Source of the DNA: a virus
Taxonomy: Duplodnaviria > Heunggongvirae > Uroviricota > Caudoviricetes
Reading direction: 5' to 3' (one strand)
Virus record (IMG/VR): IMGVR_UViG_2558860274_000010
Location: 1-15,352 of that record
Length of the DNA: 15,352 nt
The notes beneath the pieces were generated by a model, which ran no database searches, had not been told where the DNA came from, and saw only the letters and a program-made list of their open reading frames with translations. Below are positions 1 to 7,827 of this stretch, one piece after another. Numbering within the stretch: position 1 is the stretch's first letter; each line of letters opens with the position of its first letter. A program made the position numbers and the translations under genes.

Positions 1-485
1 TTTGTTTTACCTCATTACAGATTTAAGGGTGAACAAATCCCTGCCATTGCTGGCATATAAGAATGAAACCGGATATTTATTACGGAACTGTTTTAAAGAC
101 CTGCCGGGATTTCGTTATTATCCTGGTGAATAACTTTATCGACCGGGTAACAGTTACCGGGAATTTTCTGTTCGGTTGCTGCAGTCACACACTCCTGCAT
201 TGTCCTGTGAACACTGACTGCAATATCAACTGGCTCTCCGGAAACAAGAAAAACTGTCAGAACAAGTGCAAATGCTGTATTCATTGCCAGCATCCTTTTT
301 GTATCGGACGTAAACGGGCCAGCATTGAAAGAATGCATATTTTATTTAATAACTCCCGTTCGTGTTTTCTCTTGTTAATGGCATCTTCAGTAAATACAGG
401 GTTACTGATAGTGACACCAATTTCAAAACAACCTTCAGACGTATTAACGTTTGGTAATAACGTTTCCATTATCGCGTCCTCAACA

Positions 486-794
486 ATGAATTTTGTGATG
501 CGATGCCTGGTGCCTCCAGGTGACGTTAACCAGTTAACAATTAACGCCGGATACAGAGAATGCATGACGTGTGGTAATCAGGCAGATGATCCGCATCACA
601 TCATTGGTCATGGACTGGGAGGGATGGGAACAAAGGCTGATGATTTGTTTGTTATTCCGCTGTGCCGTAAATGCCATAGCGAACTACACGCCGGGGTAAA
701 AGATTTTGAAGAAAAACACGGCAGCCAGCTGTTGTTGCTGATTCGTTTTTTAATGCACGCGAGAAATTCGGGTGTCCTGAAGTGGAAAGCATGA
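486..794 (+). CDS. nin-region Cys/His-rich zinc-binding protein (DUF1364/YbcO-like); start uncertain
   Basis: The C-terminal ~100 aa of the 63..794 frame carry a CxxC...HH...CxxCH pattern (CMTCGNQADDPHHIIGHG...CRKCHSELHAG) like small proteins found just upstream of rusA in lambdoid prophages. The stop codon abuts the rusA ATG (TGA 792-794, ATG 795). The frame is open back to 63, but the upstream part is Cys/Asn-rich and unprotein-like; ATG 486 or 495 are plausible starts. Confidence 0.45.
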   Translation: MNFVMRCLVPPGDVNQLTINAGYRECMTCGNQADDPHHIIGHGLGGMGTKADDLFVIPLCRKCHSELHAGVKDFEEKHGSQLLLLIRFLMHARNSGVLKWKA

Positions 795-1160
795 ATGACT
801 GAACGCATAGAATTTGTTTTGCCTTACCCGCCAACGGTGAACACTTACTGGCGACGTCGTGGCAGCACATATTTTGTATCAAAAGCCGGTGAGCGTTATC
901 GCCGTGATGTGGCGCTTATTGTTCGCCAGCAGCGGCTGAAATTAAACCTGTCCGGAAGGCTGGAGATAAAGATTATTGCAGAGCCACCGGATAAACGTCG
1001 TCGTGACCTGGACAATATCCTGAAAGCACCACTGGATGCGCTGACGCATGCCGGACTTCTCATAGACGACGAGCAGTTTGATGAAATCAATATTGTGCGC
1101 GGTCAGCGCGTTCCTGGGGGACGGCTGGGCGTGAAGATTTACAAAATTGAGAGTGAGTGA
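795..1160 (+). CDS. rusA: Holliday junction resolvase RusA
   Basis: 121-aa ORF with clear similarity to E. coli RusA as recalled, including the PDKRRRDLDN region, length ~120 aa and a C-terminal GGRL motif. Translationally coupled to the upstream ORF. Confidence 0.85.
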   Translation: MTERIEFVLPYPPTVNTYWRRRGSTYFVSKAGERYRRDVALIVRQQRLKLNLSGRLEIKIIAEPPDKRRRDLDNILKAPLDALTHAGLLIDDEQFDEINIVRGQRVPGGRLGVKIYKIESE

Positions 1161-1168
1161 TCGTAAAT

Positions 1169-1711
1169 ATGATATACCCGGAAATTACAGGCAAAAGCGG
1201 CGAGCATTTACGTCTAAAAACGCTGGAAGCCGTCTGGATCCAGGGGAAATTACGGATGTGGGGGCGTTGGTCGTATATAGGTGGTGGCAAACCAGGAAAT
1301 ATGTTCAATCAGTTGCTGGCATCCAAAAAACTGACAAAAACCGCAATCAATGAAGCCCTGCGTAGAATCAGGGAGTCAGGGATTGATAAACCAGAGCTGG
1401 AAGCATTCTTGCGAGAGATGATCGCTGGCAGACAGAAGAGCTGGTTGTCTCACTGTACTGATGCAGAGGCGTTACGCATTGATGGGGTGATAAGTAAAGC
1501 GCTTGCACGTTATCCTGGATTGATTGATATCCTGCGGCAAAGGTACGAAGGGCGGGGGATGAGTAAACGCAAAATGGCTGAATTGTTGAATGAGGTGCAC
1601 CCGGAATGGTGTTTTAGTACATGCGAAAAGCGAATTGCTAATTGGTTGGCTGTTGCTGAATATGCGCTATACATCCCTATGCGAGAATCGTTTGCTCAAA
1701 AAATGTCTTGA
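1169..1711 (+). CDS. putative late-gene antiterminator (Q-like)
   Basis: 180-aa ORF (ATG 1169; the track's 1157 start is GTG) placed between rusA and a strong intrinsic terminator, followed by late-region genes. This is the canonical lambdoid Q position; identity rests on synteny, not on a recognised motif. Confidence 0.5.
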   Translation: MIYPEITGKSGEHLRLKTLEAVWIQGKLRMWGRWSYIGGGKPGNMFNQLLASKKLTKTAINEALRRIRESGIDKPELEAFLREMIAGRQKSWLSHCTDAEALRIDGVISKALARYPGLIDILRQRYEGRGMSKRKMAELLNEVHPEWCFSTCEKRIANWLAVAEYALYIPMRESFAQKMS

Positions 1712-1736
1712 TTTTTTACGCATAAACTGTTTCAAT
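1708..1736 (+). promoter_or_regulatory. candidate pR'-like late promoter (TTGATT-N17-TTCAAT)
   Basis: Sigma70-like hexamers directly after the Q-like ORF and about 60-90 nt upstream of the tR'-like hairpin. Assigned by position only. Confidence 0.25.
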
Positions 1737-1795
1737 CCAGCTACGCTTCGCAAAGCTATACCGCGAGGCGAATAGCAGACATGGACACCTGAAAG

Positions 1796-1819
1796 AACCC
1801 GCTTTATGCGGGTTTTTTT
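1796..1819 (+). terminator. intrinsic terminator (tR'-like)
   Basis: Perfect 7-bp stem AACCCGC/GCGGGTT with loop TTTAT, followed by a T-run (TTTTTTT). Sits about 85 nt after the Q-like stop. Confidence 0.7.
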
Positions 1820-1942
1820 ATGTCTGAAAAACGGCACAGAACATTAAACGCGCTGGTAGTTGTGAATACTGGTCTTTCAGCTTGCTGGCTTTTTCGACAA
1901 GAGGTATTGGTATGTCACGTTAACCGGAAAAGGGAAAAAAGC

Positions 1943-2140
1943 ATGCTAAAACAGCAGGATATGACCGAAACCGCCAGAGTGGTGTTTAATGAATTAAGCG
2001 TCACCGAACCGGCGACCGTCGGGGAAATTGCGCAGAATACTTACCTTTCACGCGAACGCTGCCAGTTAATACTGACTCAGCTTGTTATGGCGGGTCTGGC
2101 AGATTATCAGTTCGGTTGTTACAGACGCCTTCCGCAGTGA
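1943..2140 (+). CDS. small HTH-like protein (65 aa), function unknown
   Basis: ATG 1943 preceded by AAGGGA at spacing ~8. The segment ATVGEIAQNTYLSRERCQLILTQLVMAGLA resembles a helix-turn-helix. The track's 1820 start overlaps the terminator and is unlikely. Confidence 0.4.
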   Translation: MLKQQDMTETARVVFNELSVTEPATVGEIAQNTYLSRERCQLILTQLVMAGLADYQFGCYRRLPQ

Positions 2141-2290
2141 AGGCTTTTTAATTTGTGGTAATGGGCGGCTGGTGGGTGTTAGCGGCACCTGCCAGCCATC
2201 TGCTCATGCGTTGGGGTCACAAGCAAACCTCAGGCCCATCTGCTTTGCGCAAAAGCGGTATGAGCCTATCAGAGAAGTGCTTATTGATCT

Positions 2291-3340
2291 ATGATTAATA
2301 CTGTAAAAATATCCAGTTGTGAGTTAATCAACGCTGATTGCCTGGAATTTATCCAGACCTTACCGGAAAACTCTGTCGATCTGATAGTCACAGACCCGCC
2401 ATACTTTAAAGTGAAGCCCGAGGGCTGGGATAACCAGTGGGAGGGCGACGATGATTACCTGAAATGGCTGGACCAGTGTCTGGCGCAGTTCTGGCGGGTA
2501 CTGAAGCCTGCCGGAAGTCTTTACCTGTTCTGTGGTCATCGCCTGGCATCTGACACCGAAATCATGATGCGTGAGCGCTTTAATGTGCTGAACCACATTA
2601 TCTGGGCGAAGCCGTCCGGACGCTGGAACGGGTGCAATAAGGAAAGTCTGCGGGCGTATTTTCCGGCAACAGAGCGCATTCTGTTTGCAGAACATTATCA
2701 GGGACCGTATCGCCCGAAAGATGATGGCTATGTGGCACAGGGGCGCGAGCTAAAACAGCACGTCATGGCCCCGCTGATTTCTTACTTTCGTGATGCGCGT
2801 AAATCACTGGGAATAACGTCAAAACAGATAGCGGAAGCCACCGGAAAGAAAAACATGGCTTCGCACTGGTTTGGTACCAGTCAGTGGCAGTTACCGAACG
2901 AGGGTAATTACAACAAATTGCAGGCGTTGTTTGCGCGTGTTGCGGCAGAAAAACATCAGCGCGGGGAACTGGAAAAGCCACACCACCAGCTGGTCAGCAC
3001 ATACAGTGAGCTGAACCGGCAGTATACGGAACTGCTGAGTGAATATAAAAATTTGCGGCGGTATTTCGGTGTGACGGCGCAGGTTCCGTACACCGATGTC
3101 TGGACGCATAAACCGGTGCAGTACTATCCAGGGAAACATCCGTGCGAAAAACCGGCAGAAATGCTGCAGCAGATAATCAACGCGAGCAGTCGTCCGGGAG
3201 ACCTGGTTGCAGATTTTTTTATGGGTTCAGGTTCAACGGTAAAAGCGGCGATGGCACTGGGGCGTTGTGCGATTGGTGTTGAGCTGGAGACAGGACGTTT
3301 TGAACAGACAGTCAGGGAAGTTCAGGATTTAATCGTTTGA
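2291..3340 (+). CDS. DNA methyltransferase (N6-adenine or N4-cytosine, beta-class), apparently orphan
   Basis: 349-aa ORF with catalytic DPPY motif near the N-terminus (IVTDPPYF) and an FxGxG AdoMet-binding motif near the C-terminus (FFMGSGST). No restriction endonuclease partner is evident nearby. Confidence 0.8.
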   Translation: MINTVKISSCELINADCLEFIQTLPENSVDLIVTDPPYFKVKPEGWDNQWEGDDDYLKWLDQCLAQFWRVLKPAGSLYLFCGHRLASDTEIMMRERFNVLNHIIWAKPSGRWNGCNKESLRAYFPATERILFAEHYQGPYRPKDDGYVAQGRELKQHVMAPLISYFRDARKSLGITSKQIAEATGKKNMASHWFGTSQWQLPNEGNYNKLQALFARVAAEKHQRGELEKPHHQLVSTYSELNRQYTELLSEYKNLRRYFGVTAQVPYTDVWTHKPVQYYPGKHPCEKPAEMLQQIINASSRPGDLVADFFMGSGSTVKAAMALGRCAIGVELETGRFEQTVREVQDLIV

Positions 3341-3389
3341 AACGGATGGGATTGCAGAATTAATTACGCACCATTATTATTCTGCTACC

Positions 3390-3465
3390 GGCCCTTTAGC
3401 TCAGTGGTGAGAGCGAGCGACTCATAATCGCCAGGTCGCTGGTTCAAATCCAGCAAGGGCCACCA
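3390..3465 (+). tRNA. ileZ: tRNA with anticodon CAT (Ile2/lysidine type or Met; ileZ-like)
   Basis: Manual cloverleaf: acceptor GGCCCTT/AAGGGCC, D-arm GCTC/GAGC, anticodon loop CTCATAA, T-arm GCTGG-TTCAAAT-CCAGC, encoded CCA at 3463-3465. Confidence 0.85.
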
Positions 3466-3472
3466 TCACATA

Positions 3473-3549
3473 CCGCCATTAGCTCATCGGCAGAGAGCGT
3501 CAGCTTTCGAAACTGGCTGTGTGGGGCCCGGGTCCCCGATGGCAATCCA
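3473..3549 (+). tRNA. argN: atypical tRNA-Arg-like, anticodon TCG (argN-like)
   Basis: Manual fold: D-arm GCTC/GAGC, anticodon loop TTTCGAA with U33 and A37, encoded CCA at 3547-3549. Irregularities: two C-A mismatches at the acceptor end, one mismatch closing the anticodon stem, and a non-canonical T-loop CCCGGGT. Confidence 0.5.
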
Positions 3550-3562
3550 TTATCTGCATTAT

Positions 3563-3639
3563 GCGTTGTTAGCTCAGCCGGACAGAGCAATTGCCTTCTA
3601 AGCAATCGGTCACTGGTTCGAATCCAGTACAACGCGCCA
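3563..3639 (+). tRNA. argO: tRNA-Arg, anticodon TCT (argO-like)
   Basis: Manual cloverleaf: perfect acceptor GCGTTGT/ACAACGC, anticodon stem ATTGC/GCAAT with loop CTTCTAA, T-arm with TTCGAAT loop, encoded CCA at 3637-3639. Confidence 0.85.
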
Positions 3640-3776
3640 TATTCATTCTTCCAGATTTCTTCCGGCAGAGCCTTATACTGGAATATACCTGGCTCAGGAT
3701 ATTGTTGAAAATATTATATGTTTGTCAAAAATAAAAGTTCTGTTAAGTATTGATTGAGTGTTTGTTATACGGTCTA

Positions 3777-4103
3777 ATGGTTTTTTCAGTATTAAATATT
3801 TATCATTCATATGGTGTGGGTAGAGTGAATATTGATGAGGCGTCGGGGTGTTTCATCCTTAGGCAGCGTATTGATATAGTCAATGCAGCACGAGCAAAGG
3901 CCTTCAGCCGTTTGACAGTTTTGTTCTGTACTCCTGATCGTCTTTTGGGAAGAGACGTTATTATTCTGAATAGTGATGCTATACAGAGGGTTTGCGATGA
4001 GTTCATGGTTGCTAATTCAGAATTATTTGCTCTTGTTCAGGAGTACAACAGAATAGCCAGGACCTGTGGTATGGATGAACTTCGGATTACTCATCTGGGG
4101 TAG
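3777..4103 (+). CDS. hypothetical protein (108 aa from first ATG), unknown function
   Basis: Open frame 3750..4103 (TTG at 3750, first ATG at 3777) in AT-rich DNA right after the tRNA cluster. A TTGTCA-N17-TAAGTAT promoter-like element lies at 3721-3749. No convincing Shine-Dalgarno and no recognisable family. Confidence 0.3.
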   Translation: MVFSVLNIYHSYGVGRVNIDEASGCFILRQRIDIVNAARAKAFSRLTVLFCTPDRLLGRDVIILNSDAIQRVCDEFMVANSELFALVQEYNRIARTCGMDELRITHLG

Positions 4104-4494
4104 ATACATATCTGGATTATCACCTGTTACGGTAAAAAGTGATTGCTTACTGTTTTTGTGAATGGCATTGCAGCAGCCGGATAATGTCAGTGCTGGCTGA
4201 CGGTGTGCTGGTGGCGGGTGTGGTGGTTGTTGCTTTCCCGTTGCTGAAAAAGAAAACGCCAGACTGTTAGCCGGGTATCAGTTAGCGGGAGAAATTTTTA
4301 AATACTTCACAATTCAGGCGGTTGACTGTTGTCTGGTTTGCGGGGAGTTTGTTAAAAGAAACTGGCATGGTGAATCCCCCTGTGCGGTGGGGCAATCAGC
4401 GAGTAGGTATATGGGATAATCGCGGATTCAGGTGCTGGTACTGAATTCACCGGGAGGCACCCGGCACCATGCAATGGCACATAGCGCCACTCTC

Positions 4495-4524
4495 CAGCCC
4501 CTCTCCGGAGGGGCTGTTTATATT
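4495..4524 (+). terminator. intrinsic terminator-like hairpin
   Basis: 9-bp stem CAGCCCCTC/GAGGGGCTG with loop TCCG, followed by a T-rich tract (TTTATATTGATTTT) on the + strand. Lies immediately 3' of the stop of the minus-strand ORF 4518..4886. Confidence 0.4.
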
Positions 4525-4886
4525 GATTTTGTCAGATGTGAGTAAACTCCTGATGGACTTTGTTGTTTTAGTCCATAAGGACATATTTGCAGAGTGCAAC
4601 GGTTATTAAAGCATTCATTCAATACGTTATCTGTATTTGTAGGGCATTCCTGGCTGTTTTTGATTAAATTCCAGAATGTTTTATTGAATGGTACTACGTT
4701 GTAAATGGTTACAGGTAGCACTTTGTTATTGAGCATGATGCCTGTGTGAGTCAGTGTAAATATACTTTCAGGAGGTAAGAAAGCATCCGATTGATACCAG
4801 ATTATTAATTTTATTTTACTCCATATGACTGAAAAAGATATTCCGCATGATGGCTGGATAACTGTATCAATCACAATCCACTTCAT
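4518..4886 (-). CDS. hypothetical protein (122 aa), AT-rich cargo gene
   Basis: Minus-strand ORF with a good ribosome-binding site (AAGGAAAGTAA then ATG). Low GC compared with the flanks; no recognisable family or signal peptide. Confidence 0.4.
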   Translation of the reverse strand: MKWIVIDTVIQPSCGISFSVIWSKIKLIIWYQSDAFLPPESIFTLTHTGIMLNNKVLPVTIYNVVPFNKTFWNLIKNSQECPTNTDNVLNECFNNRCTLQICPYGLKQQSPSGVYSHLTKSI

Positions 4887-5186
4887 TTACTTTCCTTGTT
4901 TATGCCTTGCTGGTGATGTTCTGAAAAGTATAAATGATATTTTTGAATTAAACCATAGAGCAGAATTATTTTTCTGATGTTGTTTATTGTTTATTTAAAT
5001 ACAGGGTGGTTTATATCTCGTCTTGTAGTTTATCCATGCATATCTGCTTGATAATCAGGTTTTTATTTAAGGTATGGTTTTGTGTTTTTTCTGTATAGAC
5101 TGGCCCCCTGAATCTCCAGACAACCAATATCACTTAAATAAGTGATAGTCTTAATACTAGTTTTTAGACTAGTCATTGGAGAACAG

Positions 5187-5552
5187 ATGATTGATGTCTT
5201 AGGGCCGGAGAAACGCAGACGGCGTACCACACAGGAAAAGATCGCAATTATTCAGCAGAGCTTTGAACCGGGGATGACGGTCTCCCTCGTTGCCCGGCAA
5301 CATGGTGTAGCAGCCAGCCAGTTATTTCTCTGGCGTAAGCAATACCAGGAAGGAAGTCTTACTGCTGTCGCCGCCGGAGAACAGGTTGTTCCTGCCTCTG
5401 AACTTGCTGCCGCCATGAAGCAGATTAAAGAACTCCAGCGCCTGCTCGGCAAGAAAACGATGGAAAATGAACTCCTCAAAGAAGCCGTTGAATATGGACG
5501 GGCAAAAAAGTGGATAGCGCACGCGCCCTTATTGCCCGGGGATGGGGAGTAA
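5187..5552 (+). CDS. insC: IS2 transposase OrfA (InsC)
   Basis: 121 aa beginning [21 protein letters not shown]..., preceded by GGAGAACAG. Matches IS2 InsC as recalled. Confidence 0.85.
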   Translation: MIDVLGPEKRRRRTTQEKIAIIQQSFEPGMTVSLVARQHGVAASQLFLWRKQYQEGSLTAVAAGEQVVPASELAAAMKQIKELQRLLGKKTMENELLKEAVEYGRAKKWIAHAPLLPGDGE

Positions 5553-5722
5553 GCTTAGTCAGCCGTTGTCTCCGGGTGTCGCGTGCGCAGTTGCACGTCA
5601 TTCTCAGACGAACCGATGACTGGATGGATGGCCGCCGCAGTCGTCACACTGATGATACGGATGTGCTTCTCCGTATACACCATGTTATCGGAGAGCTGCC
5701 CACGTATGGTTATCGTCGGGTA
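5510..5722 (+). pseudogene. insD: IS2 orfB (insD) 5' fragment, truncated after codon 71
   Basis: [30 protein letters not shown]...PTYGYRRV matches the InsD N-terminus. The expected continuation is replaced from 5723 by unrelated sequence in the same frame. Confidence 0.7.
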
Positions 5723-6919
5723 CAGAAGAACCCGAAAAATGTGTTGCTGGCGGTGTGCTGGATGCAGGGAGAGTTTGACATGAGCGCCGCCACCCACGCA
5801 CAGCAACCTGCGCTGTTTACAGCCATGCTGACACAGTTTCGTGCTGACCTCTCCGTGTTTAACGCGCAGTGCCATGGTGGCAGTGCTGCAGATGTGCCGT
5901 GGATTTGTGGTGACACGACGTATTACTGGAAAAATACATACGCTACCCAGTACGACACCGTGTACGGCGGGTATAAAAACAGGGAGAGTGAGGGCGTTTA
6001 TTTTGTGCCCTTCATGACAGACGGTAACGGCGTCAATACCGCCACTAACGCGCCGGCAGAAGATCCGGATATTCCGGCATCAGGATATTACGGTGCGGCA
6101 TCGAGAACGAATGGAAACCAGGTATCATCAAACCGCCCGACACATTTCAGTTCATGGGCGCGCAGGAGCATTATTCCGGATCGTCTGGCAACCGCTATTC
6201 TGAACGCAGCCGGGCGCACCTCAGCCTTCATCAGTGGTAAGGCACCGGAAATCAAACCCTCGCCCGGCGGCAACACGCCATCGGGTCCGTCTGCAGATAC
6301 GTCCGTTCGCACAATCTCCCTGCTGCCGGCAGCCGGAGAGGCTGCTGCGCAGGGCTGGAGCATTAAGGATGGCGGAATTCAGTTGTCAGATGGTGTATTT
6401 AAGATCACCAAGCAGAGCAATAAAACCTGGTCCCTGACGCATCCGGTGGATGACGCAATTACCCTGCTGACACAGGGCGGCAGACTGACCTGTAAGTTCC
6501 GCCTGTCAGGCGCACTGACCAACAATCAGTTCGGGCTGGGGATTTATCTGTATACGGATGCTCCCGTTCCTGATGGTGTGGCGATGACGGGTACCGGTAA
6601 TCCGTTCCTGATGTCGTACTTCACTCAGACCACTGACGGCAGAGTGAATCTGATGCATCACAGGAAAGCCGGAAACACGAAGCTGGGGGAGTTCGGCGAT
6701 TACGGTAACGACTGGCAGACGCTGGAGCTGGTGTTCACCGCCGGCAGTGCCACGGTTACTCCGAAACTGAATGGAGTGGCTGGCCCGGCATTCCAGGTTA
6801 TAAAAGACGGTCTGACACTGGGACTGAATGCGCTGACGCTGACGGATGTTACAAAAAATGCAGCGTATGGCGTTGAGATAGAAAGTCTGGTGCTGGAGAT
6901 AAATGCACCGGCAGCATAA
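5723..6919 (+). pseudogene. 3' portion of a prophage nanS-p/YjhS-family sialate O-acetylesterase gene, 5'-truncated and fused in frame to the IS2 orfB stub
   Basis: Translation from 5723 ([19 protein letters not shown]...[12 protein letters not shown]...YGGYKN...[20 protein letters not shown]...[14 protein letters not shown]) parallels the C-terminal half of E. coli NanS/YjhS as recalled, followed by a ~250-aa extension. The N-terminal part of the gene is absent. The position between the tRNAs and the holin matches where Stx phages carry nanS-p. Confidence 0.6.
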
Positions 6920-7285
6920 TAAAAAAGAGCCAGCGACTGACCTGAAAGAAGACGCTGGCTAAAAGGCCTTATATGTTTGTAGAGACTTATTTTTCACAGA
7001 CAGCAATGATGCCTGTCAATATATTATCAATATGCGGATTGTTTCAGTTACAGATGCTTTATTAAGGAAAAAAACAGCCAGCACTGACTTTCGGTGGAGA
7101 GGTGCTGGCTCAGAAGGATAGTTGGATTTCACATGATACTTATGCCTGGCGGTATATTTTCTGACAGACAGTGACGGGTGTTGTCAAGATATTGTGTCAT
7201 TTATAACCTGAATCAGGGGAGGCCGGAATGTTATCTGGCATTTTTAGCAGAGCCTGAATGCCATAATCACGGCTCCCGGAGTTGG

Positions 7286-7321
7286 CCGTCAGTGGGTGAC
7301 ACTGGCGGTTTTTTTGTTTTT
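7286..7321 (+). terminator. intrinsic terminator upstream of the holin
   Basis: 9-bp stem CCGTCAGTG/CACTGGCGG (one G-U pair) with loop GGTGA, followed by TTTTTTTGTTTTT. Lies 45 nt upstream of the holin start. Confidence 0.5.
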
Positions 7322-7365
7322 CTTTACTTTCATTTTCTGTCGGCGGTGACGGAGACATACATCAG

Positions 7366-7572
7366 ATGGAAAAAATCACAACGGGTGTGTCATACACCAC
7401 GTCAGCGGTGGGGACGGGATACTGGTTACTGCAGCTGCTGGACAAAGTCTCTCCGTCCCAGTGGGTGGCAATCGGTGTGCTGGGGAGTCTGCTGTTTGGC
7501 CTGCTGACGTATCTGACTAACCTTTATTTCAAGATTAAAGAAGATAAGCGTAAGGTGGCGCGGGGAGAGTAG
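7366..7572 (+). CDS. class II holin, phage-21 S21-type pinholin
   Basis: 68-aa ORF closely resembling the phage 21 pinholin as recalled (two TMDs, GYW and [14 protein letters not shown] motifs, C-terminal [13 protein letters not shown]). GGAGA ribosome-binding site upstream. Confidence 0.85.
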   Translation: MEKITTGVSYTTSAVGTGYWLLQLLDKVSPSQWVAIGVLGSLLFGLLTYLTNLYFKIKEDKRKVARGE

Positions 7573-7827
7573 TCGATGAATAAACAATACGAACTGGTTG
7601 TAAAATGAATATTTCTAACTGAAAAAACGTTCCATGAGGTAAGAAAAGGTCACAGGCAATCAATAACAGGACGTGATGAAAGACCCTTGCATTTGTGCGC
7701 TTTCTCTTTAGATAGCAGCAGATACTGAAAATCTGAGTTGTCGGGGAGTCAGGGATACAGCTGTGCAAGAGTTGGTCATTGTGATTCCATTGAAATCCTG
7801 TATGCCATGAAGGGCAGGATTTTATGG

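Larger units (their letters stand above)
5096..5722 (+). mobile_element. IS2 remnant: left end, complete orfA, first 71 codons of orfB
   Basis: Sequence from 5096 (TAGACTGGCCCCCTGAATCTCCAGACAACC...) matches the IS2 left end as recalled. InsC is full length; InsD similarity stops after ...PTYGYRRV at 5722. No IS2 right end is present. Confidence 0.8.

Noticed and set aside
1147-1775. ORFs 1147..1353 (+) and 1590..1775 (+) overlapping the Q-like gene
   Set aside because: Alternate frames of the Q-like ORF and its 3' flank; the 1590..1775 frame runs through the promoter and terminator region.
2360-3139. Reverse-strand ORFs inside the methyltransferase gene (2360..2695, 2763..2981, 2891..3139)
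   Set aside because: Antisense to a motif-supported methyltransferase ORF, with no independent signals.
4197-4425. About 75-codon open frame in the untranslated stretch (+ strand)
   Set aside because: It has no in-frame ATG, GTG or TTG with a ribosome-binding site, so it was not called as a CDS; kept only as a possible decayed-gene note.
5252-5916. Reverse and alternate-frame ORFs inside IS2 and the fusion ORF (5252..5479, 5322..5522, 5555..5875, 5583..5783, 5710..5916)
   Set aside because: They overlap IS2 orfA/orfB or the esterase remnant on the other strand or frame and lack support.
3640-7365. Shiga toxin genes (stxA/stxB) expected between the tRNA cluster and the holin
   Set aside because: No ORF in this interval has the size or arrangement of stxA (~315 aa) followed by stxB (~89 aa, with signal peptide). 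The ORFs present are unrelated in composition and orientation.
7573-7608. Ten-codon ORF (MNKQYELVVK) immediately after the holin stop, as a possible start of a displaced endolysin
   Set aside because: It terminates after 10 codons and has no similarity to the N-terminus of the endolysin at 10710.
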